Shown piece after piece: positions 50,414-63,479 of a stretch of 64,000 nt of DNA (the first letter of the stretch is position 1; the number at the start of each line of letters is the position of its first letter). The stretch covers positions 21,578,001 to 21,642,000 of the forward strand of contig CM059432.1 of NCBI GenBank assembly GCA_030390025.1, in the 5' to 3' direction. Both the position numbers and the translations under genes were made by a program. A model generated the notes under the pieces. That model made no database searches and was not told where the DNA came from. It saw nothing but the letters and a program-made list of their open reading frames with translations. The DNA comes from Squalus acanthias (Eukaryota).

Positions 50414-51459
50414 CACAACCAATGTGTATGCTCCAACATCTACACACCCAGGATCCTAACACTTGGACTTCCAGCAGAGGTCACTTGATAGCAAGCAGGA
50501 CTGGAAATGCCAGCCAATTTTCTCCTCCCTAAGGTAGAGGTGCTGAGCAGAATTAACATAGCACGGACCAAAGATCATTTCTATCACAAACCAGGGATTG
50601 AATACAATGCAGACCTGGGACTGAATGCAGCTCAGGTCTGAGATCCTCCCGGTCTACATGTTTCAGCTCCTGACTGTTTAAACTCACTGATGCATTGGAG
50701 GAGCTCTGTAAATGCTGTCTTATGACTTGATTAACATCACCATCCTGAACGTGAGAAGCAGCTTTGATTTTTTCAGATGTGCCGCTTTTCCATTATTTAT
50801 TTGTTTCTTGTAAAGAGAGTAGAATAGAACTGAGAGAAGAGGCAATAGAGTAATAGAGCATGAATATGCATGCAAAGCAAAATCCCAGAGTTGTTATATT
50901 TAGAAATCAACAGACAATCTGAAAGTAATACAGTGTTAATCATTGCAACTTGTAAACAAGGGACTGCAGCAAAGTCGTTGATTTTGTTTCATTAAAATAT
51001 AGTTCATTACTGATTGTCACCCATTAATTTCCTGTGGGGGAGAGGAAGTATTTTCTTGGATTACATTTTCCCACTAGTTTTGCAGGATTGATTGCATTGC
51101 ACGATAGGCATGGGGTATTGCAAGGATATGGGCATCGAAATTCGGGAGTCGCTCCGGAGTCGGGGGTGGGGGGCGGCTCGAAGGATAAGTACCCTGTAGC
51201 AGAATGGTGAGGCCGAGATATTGGGCCATGGACCTCATTGTCATAAAGCCAGCACGTCACAACAGCCCCCCCAGTGAAGACTGAAGAAAAATTGGGCCAG
51301 TGCTAGCGTCGCAGGTAAACTTCGTGAACAGTCGGGCAAAAATGTCAAATCCCATTTTAATAAGTCCAAAATGGAGAACAAACATTAAGCATATTCTGTG
51401 CAGATTTCTATACAAACAGGATCACTGTGGTATCTGGAAATGCTGCAGATTTGCAAAAA

Positions 51460-51890
51460 GAAAGAGCTTTCATTTATATAGCGCCTTTCACGACCTCAGA
51501 ATGTCCCAAAGCGCTTTACAGCCAATTAAGTACTACTGAAATATTGTCACTGTTGTAATGCCGGAAATGCGACAGCCAATTTTCACACAGCAATGTTCCT
51601 GAAACAGCAAAATGATAGTGACCAGATGTTCTGTTTTAGTGATGGCGGTTGAGGGATAAATATTGGTCAGAGAACGTCCTTGCTCTTCTTCTGAATAGTG
51701 CCATGGGATCTTTTACGTCAACCTGAGAGGGCCTCGGTTTAGCATCTCATCAGAAAGAGGGCACCTTCCTCAGCACTGCACAGAGGTGTCAGCCTAGATC
51801 TTGTTCTCAAATGTTTGAGTGGGACTTCAACCTACAACCTTCTGACTCAGAGGTGAGAGTACTATCAGAGGCGAGAGTGCCACAGCTGAA
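51460..51890 (-). mobile_element. Deu-domain SINE
   Basis: Reverse complement of 6510-6950. Confidence 0.75.
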
Positions 51891-54027
51891 TGTCATTTGT
51901 CTGGGAAATACCCTAATTAACCTAATTTATATGGCTTTTGTACACATTTAAAATCCTCAACAAATTCCGTTTCTCTGGCACCAACAGGGCTTATCCTGTA
52001 AGAAAATAATACTATGGTTGGCTTACCCAAGCTTACAGCACACAGACTGCAGGAGTTGACTCAGAGAGACTAAAATGCCATGAAGTAGCAGATGGAACTG
52101 AACTGTCAGTTTTACCCAGAGTGCACTTGGTGTCTCTTGTCACCCTTTCATGCGTGAATATATATAATACATGGGTGAAGAAACAATTACTACAGTGGAA
52201 GTTCTGGCTTTCTTAAAAGTATACTGTAGATGCAATAAAGCATTGTGAAACTCGTTCAGTCATTTAGCATTCAATGTCCTATTTTTAAGCTTTTCTGTGT
52301 TGGCCAGTGGCTCAGTTGGCCAGACTCGCCTCTGAGCCAATAGGTTGCGGGTTCAAGTCCCACTCCAGAGACTTGAGCACAAATATCAAGGCTGACAGTG
52401 CAGTACTGAGGGAGTGCTACACTGTTGGAGGTGCCGTCTTTTGAATTACATGTTAAACCGAGGTCTGCTCTCTCAGGTGGATATAAAAGATCCCATGGCA
52501 CTATTTCGAAGATGAGCAGGGGAAATATCTCTGGTGTCCTGGCCAATATTTATCCCTCAATCAACATCACAAAAACAGATTATCTGGTCACTGTCACGTT
52601 GCTGTTTGTGGGAGCTTGCTGTGAGCAAATTGGCTGCAGCATTTCATACATTAAAATGGAGACGAAATCTCGTCTTCTCACTGCGGACACCCTCCATCGT
52701 GTTGTGTGGCACTACCACCGTGCTAAATGGGATAGATTCAGAACAGATCTAGCAGCTCAAAACTGGGCATCCATGAGGCGCTGTGGTCCATCAGCAGCAG
52801 CAGAATTGTATTCCACCTCAATCTGTAAACTCATGGCCCAGCATAACTCTCACTCTACCATTATCATCAAGCCAGGGGACCAACCCTGGTTCAATGAGGA
52901 GTGCAGAAGAGCAAGCCAGGAACAGCACCAGGTATAACTAAAAATGAGGTGCCAACCTGTGGAAGCTGCAACATAGGACATGCATGCTAAACAGTGGAAG
53001 AAGCATGCTATAGATAGAGCTAAACAATCCCACAATCAATGGATCAGATGGAAGCTTTTGTCCTGCCACATTCAGTTGTGAATGGTGGTGGACAATTAAA
53101 CCACTAACGGGAGGAGGAGGCTCCAGGAATATGCCCATCCTCAATGATGGTGGAGCCCAGCACGTGAGTGAAAAAGACAAAGCTGAAGCGTTTGCAACCA
53201 TCTTCAGCCAGAAGTGCCGAGTGGATGATCCATCTTGGCCTCCTCCTGAGGTCTCCACCATCACAGAAGCCAGTCTTTAGCCAATTCGATTCACTCCATG
53301 TGATCTCAAGAAATGGCTGAGCGCACTGGATACAGCAAAGGTTATGGGCCCTGACAAAATCCCGGCTATCGTGCTGAAGACTTGTGCTCCAGAACTAGCT
53401 GCGCCTCTAGCCAAGCTGTTCCAGTACAGCTACAACACTGGCATCTACCTGACAATGTGGAAAACTGCCCAGGTATGTCCTGTCCACAAAAAGCAGGACA
53501 AATCCAATCCAGCCAATTACCGCCCCATCAGTCTACTCTCAGTCATCAGCAAAGTGATGGATGGTGTCGTCGACAGTGCTATCAAACGGCACTTACTCAC
53601 CAATAACCTGCTCACTGATGCTCAGTTTGGGTTCTGCCAGGACCACTCAGCTCCAGACTTCATTACAGCCTTGGTCTAAACATAGACAAAAGAGCTGAAT
53701 TCCAGAGGTGAGGTGAGAGTGACTGCCCTTGACATCAAGGCAGCATTTGACCGAGTGTGGCATCAAGGAGCGCCAGTAAAATTGAAGTCAATGGGAATCA
53801 GAGGGAAAACGCTCCACTGTCTGGAGTCATACCTAGCACAAAGGAAGATTGTTGTGGTGGTTGGAGGTCAATCATCACAGCCCCAGGACATCACTGCAGG
53901 AGTTTCTCAGGGCAGTGTCCTAGGCCCAACCATCTTCAGCTGCTTCATCAATGACCTTCCCTCCATCATAAGGTCAGAAATGGGGATATTCGCTGATGAT
54001 TGCACAGTGTTCAGTTCGATTCGCAAC

Positions 54028-56459
54028 AAACAGTAGTTTTAATGTAGGGCAGAGTATAAATCAGGAAATTAGCTGTGCATGTAACAAGGGTAATGCAGTC
54101 ATCATGGGGGACTTTAATCTACAGATAGACTGGGCAAACCAAATTTGCAGTAATAGTGCAGAGGACAAATTCATGGAATGTATGCAAGATAGTTTTCTAG
54201 ATCGGTTTGTTGAGGAACCAACTAGGGAACAGGCTATTTTAGATCTAGTATTGAGCAATGAGAAAGGGTTAATTAATAACCTTGTAGTAAAGGGGCCTTT
54301 AGGGAAGAGTGACCATAATATGATAGAATTTTATATTGAGTTTGAAAGTGATTTAGTTAAATCCGAAACTAGGGTCTTAAATCTAAACAAAGCAAACTAC
54401 GTAGGTATGAGGGGCAAGTTGGCTAATGTAGATTGGGAAACTACATTAAAAGGTATGACGGTAGATAAGCAATGGCTAGCATTTAAAGAATTAATACATA
54501 ATTTACAACAAATATACATTCCTTTAAGGCACAAAAACCCCACAGGAAAAGTGGTCCAATCATGGCTAACAATAGAAGTTTAAGATAATATTAGGTCAAA
54601 GGAAGAGGCTTATAATGTTGCCAAAAAGAGTAGTGAGGCTGAGACAGGAGAAATTATAATGGGGAATAAGGAAATGGTCGAGAAACTAAACAAATACTAG
54701 GGGCTGGATTTTACCAGCCCTGAGGAGGCAAGTTTGGAGCAGGACTGCTGGGAAAATGGGAAAAATTGGGAGCGGGTCCCAATCCCGTGCCCAACCCACC
54801 TCCGAACCATCTTCCTGGGAGGCGGGTCCCCGACTCGCGCAGGGACCTATTTCCTAGCGGTGGGAAGGGGATTAGAGCCAATTAATTGCCTGTTAACAGG
54901 TAGTTAACAGGCAGTTAAGAGGCGTTTCAACATTTTCCGCCTGCTGATGCGGCCTTCCCAATGGCGGGAAACCCCGCCAGGGTCAGCGAGGCGAGCTGTG
55001 GGTCTGCTGCAGTGTAAGTGTGCAAATGACTGCTGCAGAGGTAGTGTGATGGGTGCAATGGTGCACAGGTAAGTATGACAGGTGAGCGAATGTAGTGAGA
55101 AATATTTTTATTCTATTTATATGTATCTGCAGGTGACAAGATTTGATGTTTCTGTGAAGCCTCATCTGATCGGCAGAATTGACAGATGGCTTCTGCAATC
55201 TCACATGCAGCTGCCATCTCTTTTCTCCTAAGGAGAGAGTCATTGGTGAGCCTGGGTGCCAGGGCTCACCTTTGGACAGTGATTGTCAGTGTTTGACAAC
55301 ACCTCAATGCTGTCAAACACTGACAATTCATCTGTCAAAAAATTATGGGGCCTGTCCCTTTAACAAAACCGGCAGATGAAGCGTCATCTGAAACCGACTT
55401 TCCCTTAATTGGCCGGCAAGCCCACAGGGCGTTTTAACAAGGCCAATTAAGGGAAAATAGCGTTTGTTCGTCAGACGTCATTGGGGGCGGGACTAGAACC
55501 CGGAAACCAACAGTCCCCCCCCAACGCGCCTCCTCATGTAAGATTGCAGCCTTTGTGTCTGTCTTCATGGAAAAAGACAAAAAAACCTTCCTGGAAATAG
55601 TGGAGAACCAAGCGTCTAGCGAGAATGAAGAACTGAAAGAAATTAATATTAGTAAAAAAAATAGCACTGGAGAAAGTAATGGGACAGAAAGCTGATAAAG
55701 CTCATGGACCTGATGGCCTACATCCTAGGGTTTTGAAATGGGAAATGTCGGTGCTCAGAGGGACCTGGGTGTCCTTGTACACGAATCACTGAAAGTTAAC
55801 ATGCAGGTACAGCAAGCAATTAGGAAAGTAAATGGCATGTTGGCCTTGGTTACAAGAGGATTTGAGTATAAGAGTAAAGACGTCTTACTGCAATTATATA
55901 GGGCCCTGGTGATTGTGGTATTGTGTACAGTTTTGGTCTCTTTACCGAAGGAAGATATACTTGCCATAGAGGGAGTGCAACGAAGGTTAACCAGACTGAT
56001 TCCTGGGATGGGGGGATTGTTCTATGAGGAGAGATTGAGTAGACTAGGCCTATATTCTTTAGAGTTTAGAAGAATTAAAAATACAAAATTCTTACAGGGC
56101 TTGACAGGGTAGATGCAGGGAGGATGTTTCCCCTGGCTGTGGAGTCTAGATCCTAGGGGTCACAGTCTCAGAATAAGGGGTCGGCCATTTAGGACTGAGA
56201 TGAGGAGAAATCTCTTCACTCAGACGGTGGTGAATCTTTGGAATTCTCTACCCCAGAGGGCTGTGGAGGCTCAGTCGTTGAGTATATTCAAGACAGAGAT
56301 CGATAGAATTTTGAATATTAAGGGAATCAAGGGATATGGGGATAGTGCAGGAAAGTGGAGATGAGGAAGAAGATCAGCCATGATCTTATTGAATGGCGGA
56401 GCAGGCTCAAAGGGCCAAATGGCATACTCTTGCTCCTATTTCTTATGTTCTTCTTATTT
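54028..56459 (+). mobile_element. CR1 LINE with internal deletions, containing a MITE
   Basis: MGDFN..EEPTREQAILDLV..SDHNMIEF; QRDLGV..; VVNLWNSLP; CR1 3' UTR. Confidence 0.9.
54701..55552. mobile_element. Harbinger-family MITE
   Basis: Left TIR GGGCTGGATTTTAC, degenerate right TIR GTAAGATTGCAGCC; inverted homologue of 8925-9755; TSD ambiguous. Confidence 0.8.
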
Positions 56460-58371
56460 TCCTCAGATAATGAAGCCATCCATGCCTGAATGCAGCAAGA
56501 CCTGGATGACATTCAGGCATGGGCTGGTAAGTGGCAAGTAACATTCACGCCACACAAGTGCCAGGCAATGACTATCTCCAACAAGCGAGATTCTAATCAC
56601 TGCCCCTTGACATTCAACGGCATTACCATCGCCGAATCTCCCACCATCATCATCCTGGGGGTCACCATTGACCAGAAACTTAACTGGACCAGCCACATAA
56701 ATACTGTGGCAACAAGAGCAGGTCAGAGGCTGTATATTCTGTGGTGAATGCCTCACCTCCTGACTCCCCAAAGCCTTTCCACCATCTACAAGGCACAAGT
56801 AAGGAGTGTGATGGAATACTCTCCACTTGCCTGGATGAGTGCAGCTCCAACAACACTCAAGAAGCTTGACACCATCCAGGACAAAGCAGCCCGCTTGATT
56901 GGCACCCCATCCGCCAGTTTAAACATTCACTCCCTGCACTACTGGCGTACCGTGGCTGCAGTGTGTACCATCTACAAGATGCATTGCAGCAACTCACCAA
57001 GGCTTCTTCGGCAGCACCTCCTAAACCCGCGACCTCTACCACCTAGGCAGCAGGCACATGGGAACACCATCACCTCCAAGTTCCCGTTGAAGTTACACAC
57101 CATCCTGACTTGGAAATATATCACCGTTTCTTTGTCATCGCAGGGTCAAAATCGTCGAACTCTCTCCCTAACATCACTGTGGGAGTACCTTCACCACAAG
57201 GACTGCAGCGGTTCAAGAAGGCGGCTCACCACCACCTTCTCAAGGGCAATTAGGGATGGGCAATAAATGCTGGCCTTGCCAGTGACGCCCACATCCCATG
57301 AATGAAAAAAAAAATCTTGACTGCACTTCAAAAAGTACTTCATTGGCTGTAAAACGCATTGAGACATCCTGAGTTTGTGAAAGGCACTATATAAATGCAA
57401 GTCTTCTTTGTGCTGAGATATTCTTTTCGGAGACACCTTTAAAATGGTAATGTGAATGCAGCTGTTCACGCTTATGGCGTGGAACTTCACCCACTGAAAA
57501 TGTGGATTTGGAGGACAGTGGGCCGCACAAGATTTTTCCATCCATTAAAATGAATGCATGGAAAATGCTGTGGGGCCAGTTGATTTCTGTGCCGGAATTC
57601 TCCATATGCACTCCCATCGGATGCAACTCTGCGCTGAGAGTGCAAATTCTGTGTAGCTATATTTTGGATTCATCCCTTTTTTTTTTCACTGGCCTATCTG
57701 CATATTTCTCAAATGAGCATGCTGGAATATAATTGCTTTCAATTTCTTTTAGTGCAAATTGATTATGTAGAATTTTTCGGTAGTGTAGCACGATTGCGGA
57801 GGCAAATGAAACTGGAGAGAAAGAGTTTGTATGAATACCCGTGGAACTATAACCTTGGATGGGTCAGCACCTCCCGGAGAGGAGGGGAGGAAATTAGAAA
57901 AAGGAAATATAGAGGTGTAGCTGGGTCTCCTTTCCAGACGGTTATGTCAGGGCTTGGATTCTGTGCACTTACGTAATGTATTCTGGATCTGAAGCTTGTT
58001 GAATCTGCTGGTGTGTCAATAAAGTAAATCAGAAGCTCAAAGGACAAGTGCACCTTCTGCTCATTTTTTCTCTCTCTTACTCACATGTCACACATACACA
58101 CGCCCACACATCAAGCAGCAAGCTCACTTGTCTGAACAAGGTGCCATGTATATCACACATTATGACAGGTCTGTACCATTTTATGTAAACAGGATTTTCT
58201 CTTCGCCCGTCCACAGCATAAGCACACTGAACACATACTTTGATTTTCTTGCCTGGCAAGCCAATGGGGTACATTTTTTTCTTTAACACATAAGCGGTAA
58301 TCCTCCAGAGCCCATTATAGAACCCACCCATTTTTCAATTCATTGATTTCAGAAGTGCTGGTGAATAGAAC

Positions 58372-58745
58372 ACTTCTGATGAAAGGTCATTGACCTGAAA
58401 CGCTGGGGGTGATTTTAACCCTATTCACTCAGCAGAAACCTGGCGGGTGGGCAGTTAAAATCGCCCTGGCCCTTACTTGTCCGAAAGCCACCATGATCGC
58501 AACATCTGCAATTTTAACCTGTTCTCCTGAGCAGGCAGCGAGGACACGCACCCAGGGCCAACAGGGTCCTTCTTTACATATGCATGTTGCAGCCCAATGA
58601 TATCAGTGACGCCCGACTGTAATTTTAACTCAGGCCTGAGCGAGGAAATCCACCTGAAGTTAAATTCGGAGCCGCTACCTCTGTTTCTCTCTCCATAGAT
58701 GCTGCCTGACCGGCTGAGTGTTTGCAGCGTTTTCTGTTTTCATAA
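58372..58745 (+). mobile_element. Penelope 3' tail with hammerhead motif, interrupted by a MITE
   Basis: CTGATGA AAGGTC ATT GACCT GAAAC GCT, then ACCTCTGTTTCTCTCTCCATAGATGCTGCC after 58676. Confidence 0.8.
58405..58673. mobile_element. Harbinger-like MITE (269 bp)
   Basis: Imperfect TIRs GGGGGTGATTTTAAC / GTTAAATTCGGAGCC; TSD GCT. Confidence 0.75.
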
Positions 58746-59659
58746 CAGACCACTGTTCCACTTTGCGCAGCCAATGTCACATGCTTCCAGGTCTGGTTAT
58801 AGAATGGGTAAATAGACAATCAAGCTCCCTCAACTTTGACCAAACCAACTTTGCTTAAATGCAACATTAAAGAAATCCCCCAACTCTATCAGTATCATTT
58901 TTATTTGTGTTCCACGCCAGCAATCTGAGCAAGTGAGACATTTTAATAGAAATTAATGCTGAGTTGTAGACAGATTTGTATTGTGTATTTTTATGCAGAA
59001 GATACTGGGTTTTAGACTGCCCAATTTCTTTTGAGCTTTTCCAATTTTCACCTCTTGTCTCCAAACTCACACTGGGTACGCTGAGGCAGCTCAATGGTCA
59101 CTTGACCTTTAATCATATTCCCATTCTGCTTGTGAAAGCCTAGACAGTTTTCACCATGGAGGGCATCACAGCCACGTCTGATCCTGTCCTCGTTCAATGT
59201 CATGCAAAATGCACAAGTCCCGCCAGAGGTCACTGGATAGAAAATAAGAGCAAACTACCCCAGGGTCAGTGAAATCAAATGTATTCCCCATTTCCAACAC
59301 TACTCATCCTCGTGCTACTCCAGCTGAAACCATCTAACTCAGAATGTGAATTGAGCCTTGGGCCTATGGTTTGCATATTAGGCAGGTAAGTTTGTAATTC
59401 AGTGTGGTATAGTTACGCCGCGAGACCTAAATTTATATTCAGCTTGAGGTTTCCTTCATTCATAATTATATCCCTAGATCTCTTTACCGATCTAGGCTAA
59501 AGAACTTTTGTATGTCTTAATGAGGAAACCATCAGGTGAAGATATGTTTATTATAATCAAGGATGAGTTTGTTCTGTGTCTCACTGGCCACTGGACTGAA
59601 CAAGCCGATGGGTTTTTGATAGAGCAACCCTATCTTGCTGGGACTTACAATTCCCTAAA

Positions 59660-60350
59660 CAACAACAACTTGCGTTTATATAGTGCCTATAATATAGTAA
59701 AACATCCCAAGGCACTTCACGTAATCAGACAAAAATTGACACTGAGCCAAAGAAGGAGATATTAGAGCAGCTGACTAAAATCTTGTTCAAAGAGGTAGGT
59801 TTTAAGAAGCATTTTAAAGAAGGAGAGAGAGGTGGAGTGAATTTCAGAGCTTAGGGCCTAGACAACTGAAGGCACAGCCGCTGATGGTGGGGCGAAGGGA
59901 GTGTGGGATGCAGTAGAGGCCAGAATTGGAGTAACGCAGAGTTGTTGGAGGGTTGTAGGGCTGTCGAAGGTTACAGAGATAGGGAGGGATGGGGCCATGA
60001 GGGGATTTGAACATGAGGATGAGAATTTTAAAATCGAGATGTTGTTGAACCAGGAGCCAATGTAGGTCAGCAAGCACAGGGGTGATGAGTGAATGGGACT
60101 TGGTGCGGGTTAGGATATGGGTAACAGAGTTTTAGATATGCTCAAGTTTATGTAGGGTGGAAGGTGCAAGGCCAGCCAAGAGAGCATTGAATTAGTTGAT
60201 CCTGGAGATAGCAAAAAGCATGGGTGAAGGCTTCAGCAGAAGGCGTTGAGGTTACGAACAGTCTAACTCAGTGTGAGACAGTGTTCAGGGAGAGGGATGG
60301 AATCGATGGCTAGAGAACGGAATTTGTGGTGGGGCCAAAGACGATTGCTT
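59660..60350 (-). mobile_element. L2 LINE 3' fragment
   Basis: LADLHWLLVQQHLDFKILILMFKSPHGPIPPYL; (TTG)n tail. Confidence 0.85.
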
Positions 60351-61314
60351 CTTAAACCCTTCTTTCTTCAGAAATGCATCTAATTGCTCTTGAATCCATT
60401 TATACTGCTTGCTTCACTGCTTCAATGCCCCTTCTTGGTAATTTACTACCCTTTGGGTGATAAAGTCTGCCTGGCTTCCCTTCATATTCCTAAATTCCTA
60501 ATTTATCATTTGTGTCCATGTTATTTGGACCCTTGAGCACAGTGGATGCCATGCCATCTCAATCGCTGATCTAATTTATATATTGTCAATAAGAAAATAA
60601 TTAATTGCAATACAAAAATCATTGATAATTATAAACCATTGTTCCGGTGTAATGAGTTAAAGTCATAAGTGGGGGATATAGGAACAGCTCATTCAAAGAC
60701 TGTAGCTCACTCGCAAAGCAGTCTCGAGTCTCCGTAGTCAAAAGTTGAGATCTAGGCAAAGCTCATATGCAGCCATATGGATTAAAGATTTGTCTCAGTG
60801 CTCAGCTAACTCTTAGTGAGTCATCCCCCACTCATGTTAAAAATAATTGTCTCATCTTGGAAGGCGAGGAGACGAACCTGAACTTTCACTGTCTGCCGGG
60901 CAGGATGTGAGTGCCCCCTACTGATAGACCTGGGCTCTAGAGAACCAGTGTTGTAGAGGGCTTGTGATACCCCATTGCTCACAATTGATGTCTTTATGCA
61001 AAATAAAATATGACTATGGTACATTGTATTTGAGAACACTGCTCTATTTTTGTTAAATGAGTTGAGAAAATTGCACTTTCAATCATTTTACAGCATATCG
61101 TGACTTAAAAATTCATTTTCATTAAAATGATGAAAAATGTACTGATTTTGTATTCACTCATTTTAGCATAGGCATCTGTGATTGCCTCTCATGTTGGTTC
61201 CAGTTCAACAGCAGAATAATTACATTTTTAGTTAAACAAATTACAATATTTAGCTGAAGGTTAGGATATTTAGAGATATGTATTCTTCCAACTATTTAGA
61301 TATTTTCCACTAAC

Positions 61315-62810
61315 AAAAACTTGTTTTTTTATAGCACCTTTAACACAGAAAAACTTCCCAAGGTGCTTCGCAGAGGTGTAATCCCAAAGATGCACACTGA
61401 ACCAAAGAAGATATTAGGAGAGGTGGCCAAAAGCATGGTCAAAGTGGTAGATTTCAAGGAAGGTCATAAAGGAGAAGATAGAGGTGGAAAGGGACAAGCG
61501 TTTAGGGAAGGAATTCCAGAGCATGGGGCCTAGGAGGCTGAAAGGCAGAGCCCCCAATATTGGGATGCAGGGAGTGTGAATGCACAAGAGGCCAGAGTCA
61601 ACAAACGGAGAGTTTGAAGATTTTTTGGGGGGCTGGGGGTGGTGGTGGGTGTTGTAGGGCTCTCGAAGAGATAAGGGGGGAGAAATTCAGTATCGCCCCG
61701 TTCGGAGCGCAATTACCGGCCGGGCGCAAAGTTTAGCGCCTGGCGCTAATTATCGCCTCCGACTGCAAACTTGGCTTCTATCGCCCCTGGAGGTGATTGG
61801 AGCGCTAAATCAGGCGCTACACACCTCTCTTAAGGCGCTAACGCCGAGGAGCGAGGCGCTACCTCAGAGCGCTGGCGAAGCTCATGTGATATCAGTCAGC
61901 AATGGAACACAGACACACTGGCACAGGCCAGCTCTTAAAGGGGAGGGTCGATCTTGCTCTCCATCCACACCCTGCTCATTGCAGCCTTGAATCTCGGCCT
62001 GGAGAGACCTGTACATCAATTCTGTTGGAAAGAACAATGGAGAGGCCCAGGGAAAGAGCTCAGAGTGCAGCCCCCACAGTCTCTTCTAAATCGATGCAAG
62101 GAAGATCAAATCAAAAAGAACCTGCAAAGTGCTGCTCAGTACCCAAAACTCCTCAACACAGCTTTGAATTTCTCTTGCAGTCTCTCTCACTCAGAATGCA
62201 TGGCGGAAAAATTTTGCCGACAAAAAAAGGCAGGAAGCGGTCACCTTTAAATAGCGCTCCCCAGTCCCTTGCCAACTGCAAAACGTTCCCCTCAACCTGT
62301 CGTTGCTAGCAGCAGGCGGTAAGACAGGGGGCGCCACTCAATATCCGGTCCGGGGCGCTACCGGGTCGTTGCACGCTCGACTGACGTCACGATCTGCGGG
62401 CGCAGGAGATCGTGGCGGTAGTGCTTAGCGTCGCCGCAAAATGTCGAGTCAATTTCGTGAGCGGCGCAAACATTGCCGCGCACGGGCGCGAGTTGCTTTG
62501 CACCCCATTAGCGCCCTCTTAAGGCGCTAACGGGAGGCGCAAACCAACCGAATTTTTCCCCCATGGAGCGGTGAGGCTATTCAGGGATTTAAACACAAAG
62601 ATGAAAATTTTAAATCTGACGGAGACCGGGAGCCAATGTAGGTCAGCAAGAATAGGGCTGATGGGTGAGCAGAACTTGGTGCAGGACAGGATACGGGCCC
62701 CAGAGATTTGGACGAGCTGAAGTTTCAGAGGGTAGAGGATGGGAGGTTGGCCAACAGAGTCTTGATATAGTTGAGTCTGGAGGTGACAATAGCATGGATG
62801 AGGGTTTTTG
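61315..62810 (-). mobile_element. L2 LINE 3' fragment split by a MITE
   Basis: ISPILADLHWLPV..FKIFIFVFKSLNSLTAP; tail resembles 59660. Confidence 0.75.
61676..62562. mobile_element. GGCGC-rich MITE, complete
   Basis: TIRs GGGGGAGAAATTC / GAATTTTTCCCCC; flanks AAG/ATG. Confidence 0.82.
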
Positions 62811-63479
62811 GTGGTGTTGGATGATGGATAAATGTTGGCCAGTACACCAGAAAGATTTCCTTGTTGTTCAATGAACATTGCTGTTTTATATGCACTTGAA
62901 CAGGCAGCCTTGGTTTAATGTCTTACCTGAAAAATGGCACGTCTGACAATCCAGCCCTCCTTCAGTGCAGCACCCCTAATTATGGTAAGCATTTAATACA
63001 GCCCTACATCAATCCTGAGATTAAAAGAAAGCCTGCGAATGGTGGGCAACACAAATAATATGCAAATGCACCGCAAGTCAGTCAGTGCCTGAAGGAAAGT
63101 GATAGGTTAACCTTGCTGAGATTTTTTTTCTTTCTAATGCTTTTGTGCTCATCATATGCTAGGGAATTCCAATGCCTCACATTGCAGGCACCCTGTATCA
63201 ACATCAAGCACTCCTAAGTCAGATCTAGCACAGCTAGGATCAGGGTATAGCTTCCTCTGACCCAACCCCAACCCCAACCCAAAATGTTAACTTATCTTGC
63301 TCTATTCAAATGCTGAGTAGCTGTCCTGTGTATTTCCAGCATTTTCTGGTTTTATTTCCCCGTATTAATTCTCTTTCTATCTTACCATTAAACAACTAGT
63401 TCAACAAACTTATTAGTACCTGCAGCTCCTTTTCTCATCTAGTCACAGATGATGCTGTTACCCTGAAGTCCAACAGAGA

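Larger units (their letters stand above)
46100..50415 (-). mobile_element. Near full-length RTE LINE, decayed, with a MITE in its C-terminal zinc finger
   Basis: Endonuclease GTWNVRTL, ALSETR, GVGF, SAYAPT, TDHRL; RT NYRGVSLL, LPESQCGFR, KQGCVIAPTLF; AAG-type tail; multiple frameshifts. Confidence 0.93.
52657..57310 (+). mobile_element. Second-family CR1-group LINE ORF2 (52657-54027 and 56460-57310), split by a CR1
   Basis: PWF, GPDKIP..LK, NYRPISLL, QFGF, ALDIKAAFDRVWH, QGSVLGP, FADD; FSSIRN|SSDNEA rejoins across the insertion. Confidence 0.9.
52303..57410 (+). mobile_element. Deu-domain SINE split into ~52303-52655 and ~57318-57410
   Basis: Pol III A-box-like TGGCTCAGTTGG and B-box-like GGTTCAAGTCC; tail resumes after the nested LINE. 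Confidence 0.8.

Noticed and set aside
50120..50488. Repetitive ORFs, or a CRISPR-like array
   Set aside because: Tandem 19-bp units with no unique spacers; the ORFs are by-products of the repeat.
52303..52365. tRNA gene
   Set aside because: A and B boxes belong to a SINE head; no complete cloverleaf.
8922..62565. Imperfect TSDs seeming to differ only at the middle base (GTA/GAA, ATT/AAT, TAG/TTG, AAG/ATG)
   Set aside because: Depends on ambiguous boundaries in G-runs; at 54701 the host reading frame favours another assignment; four cases are too few.
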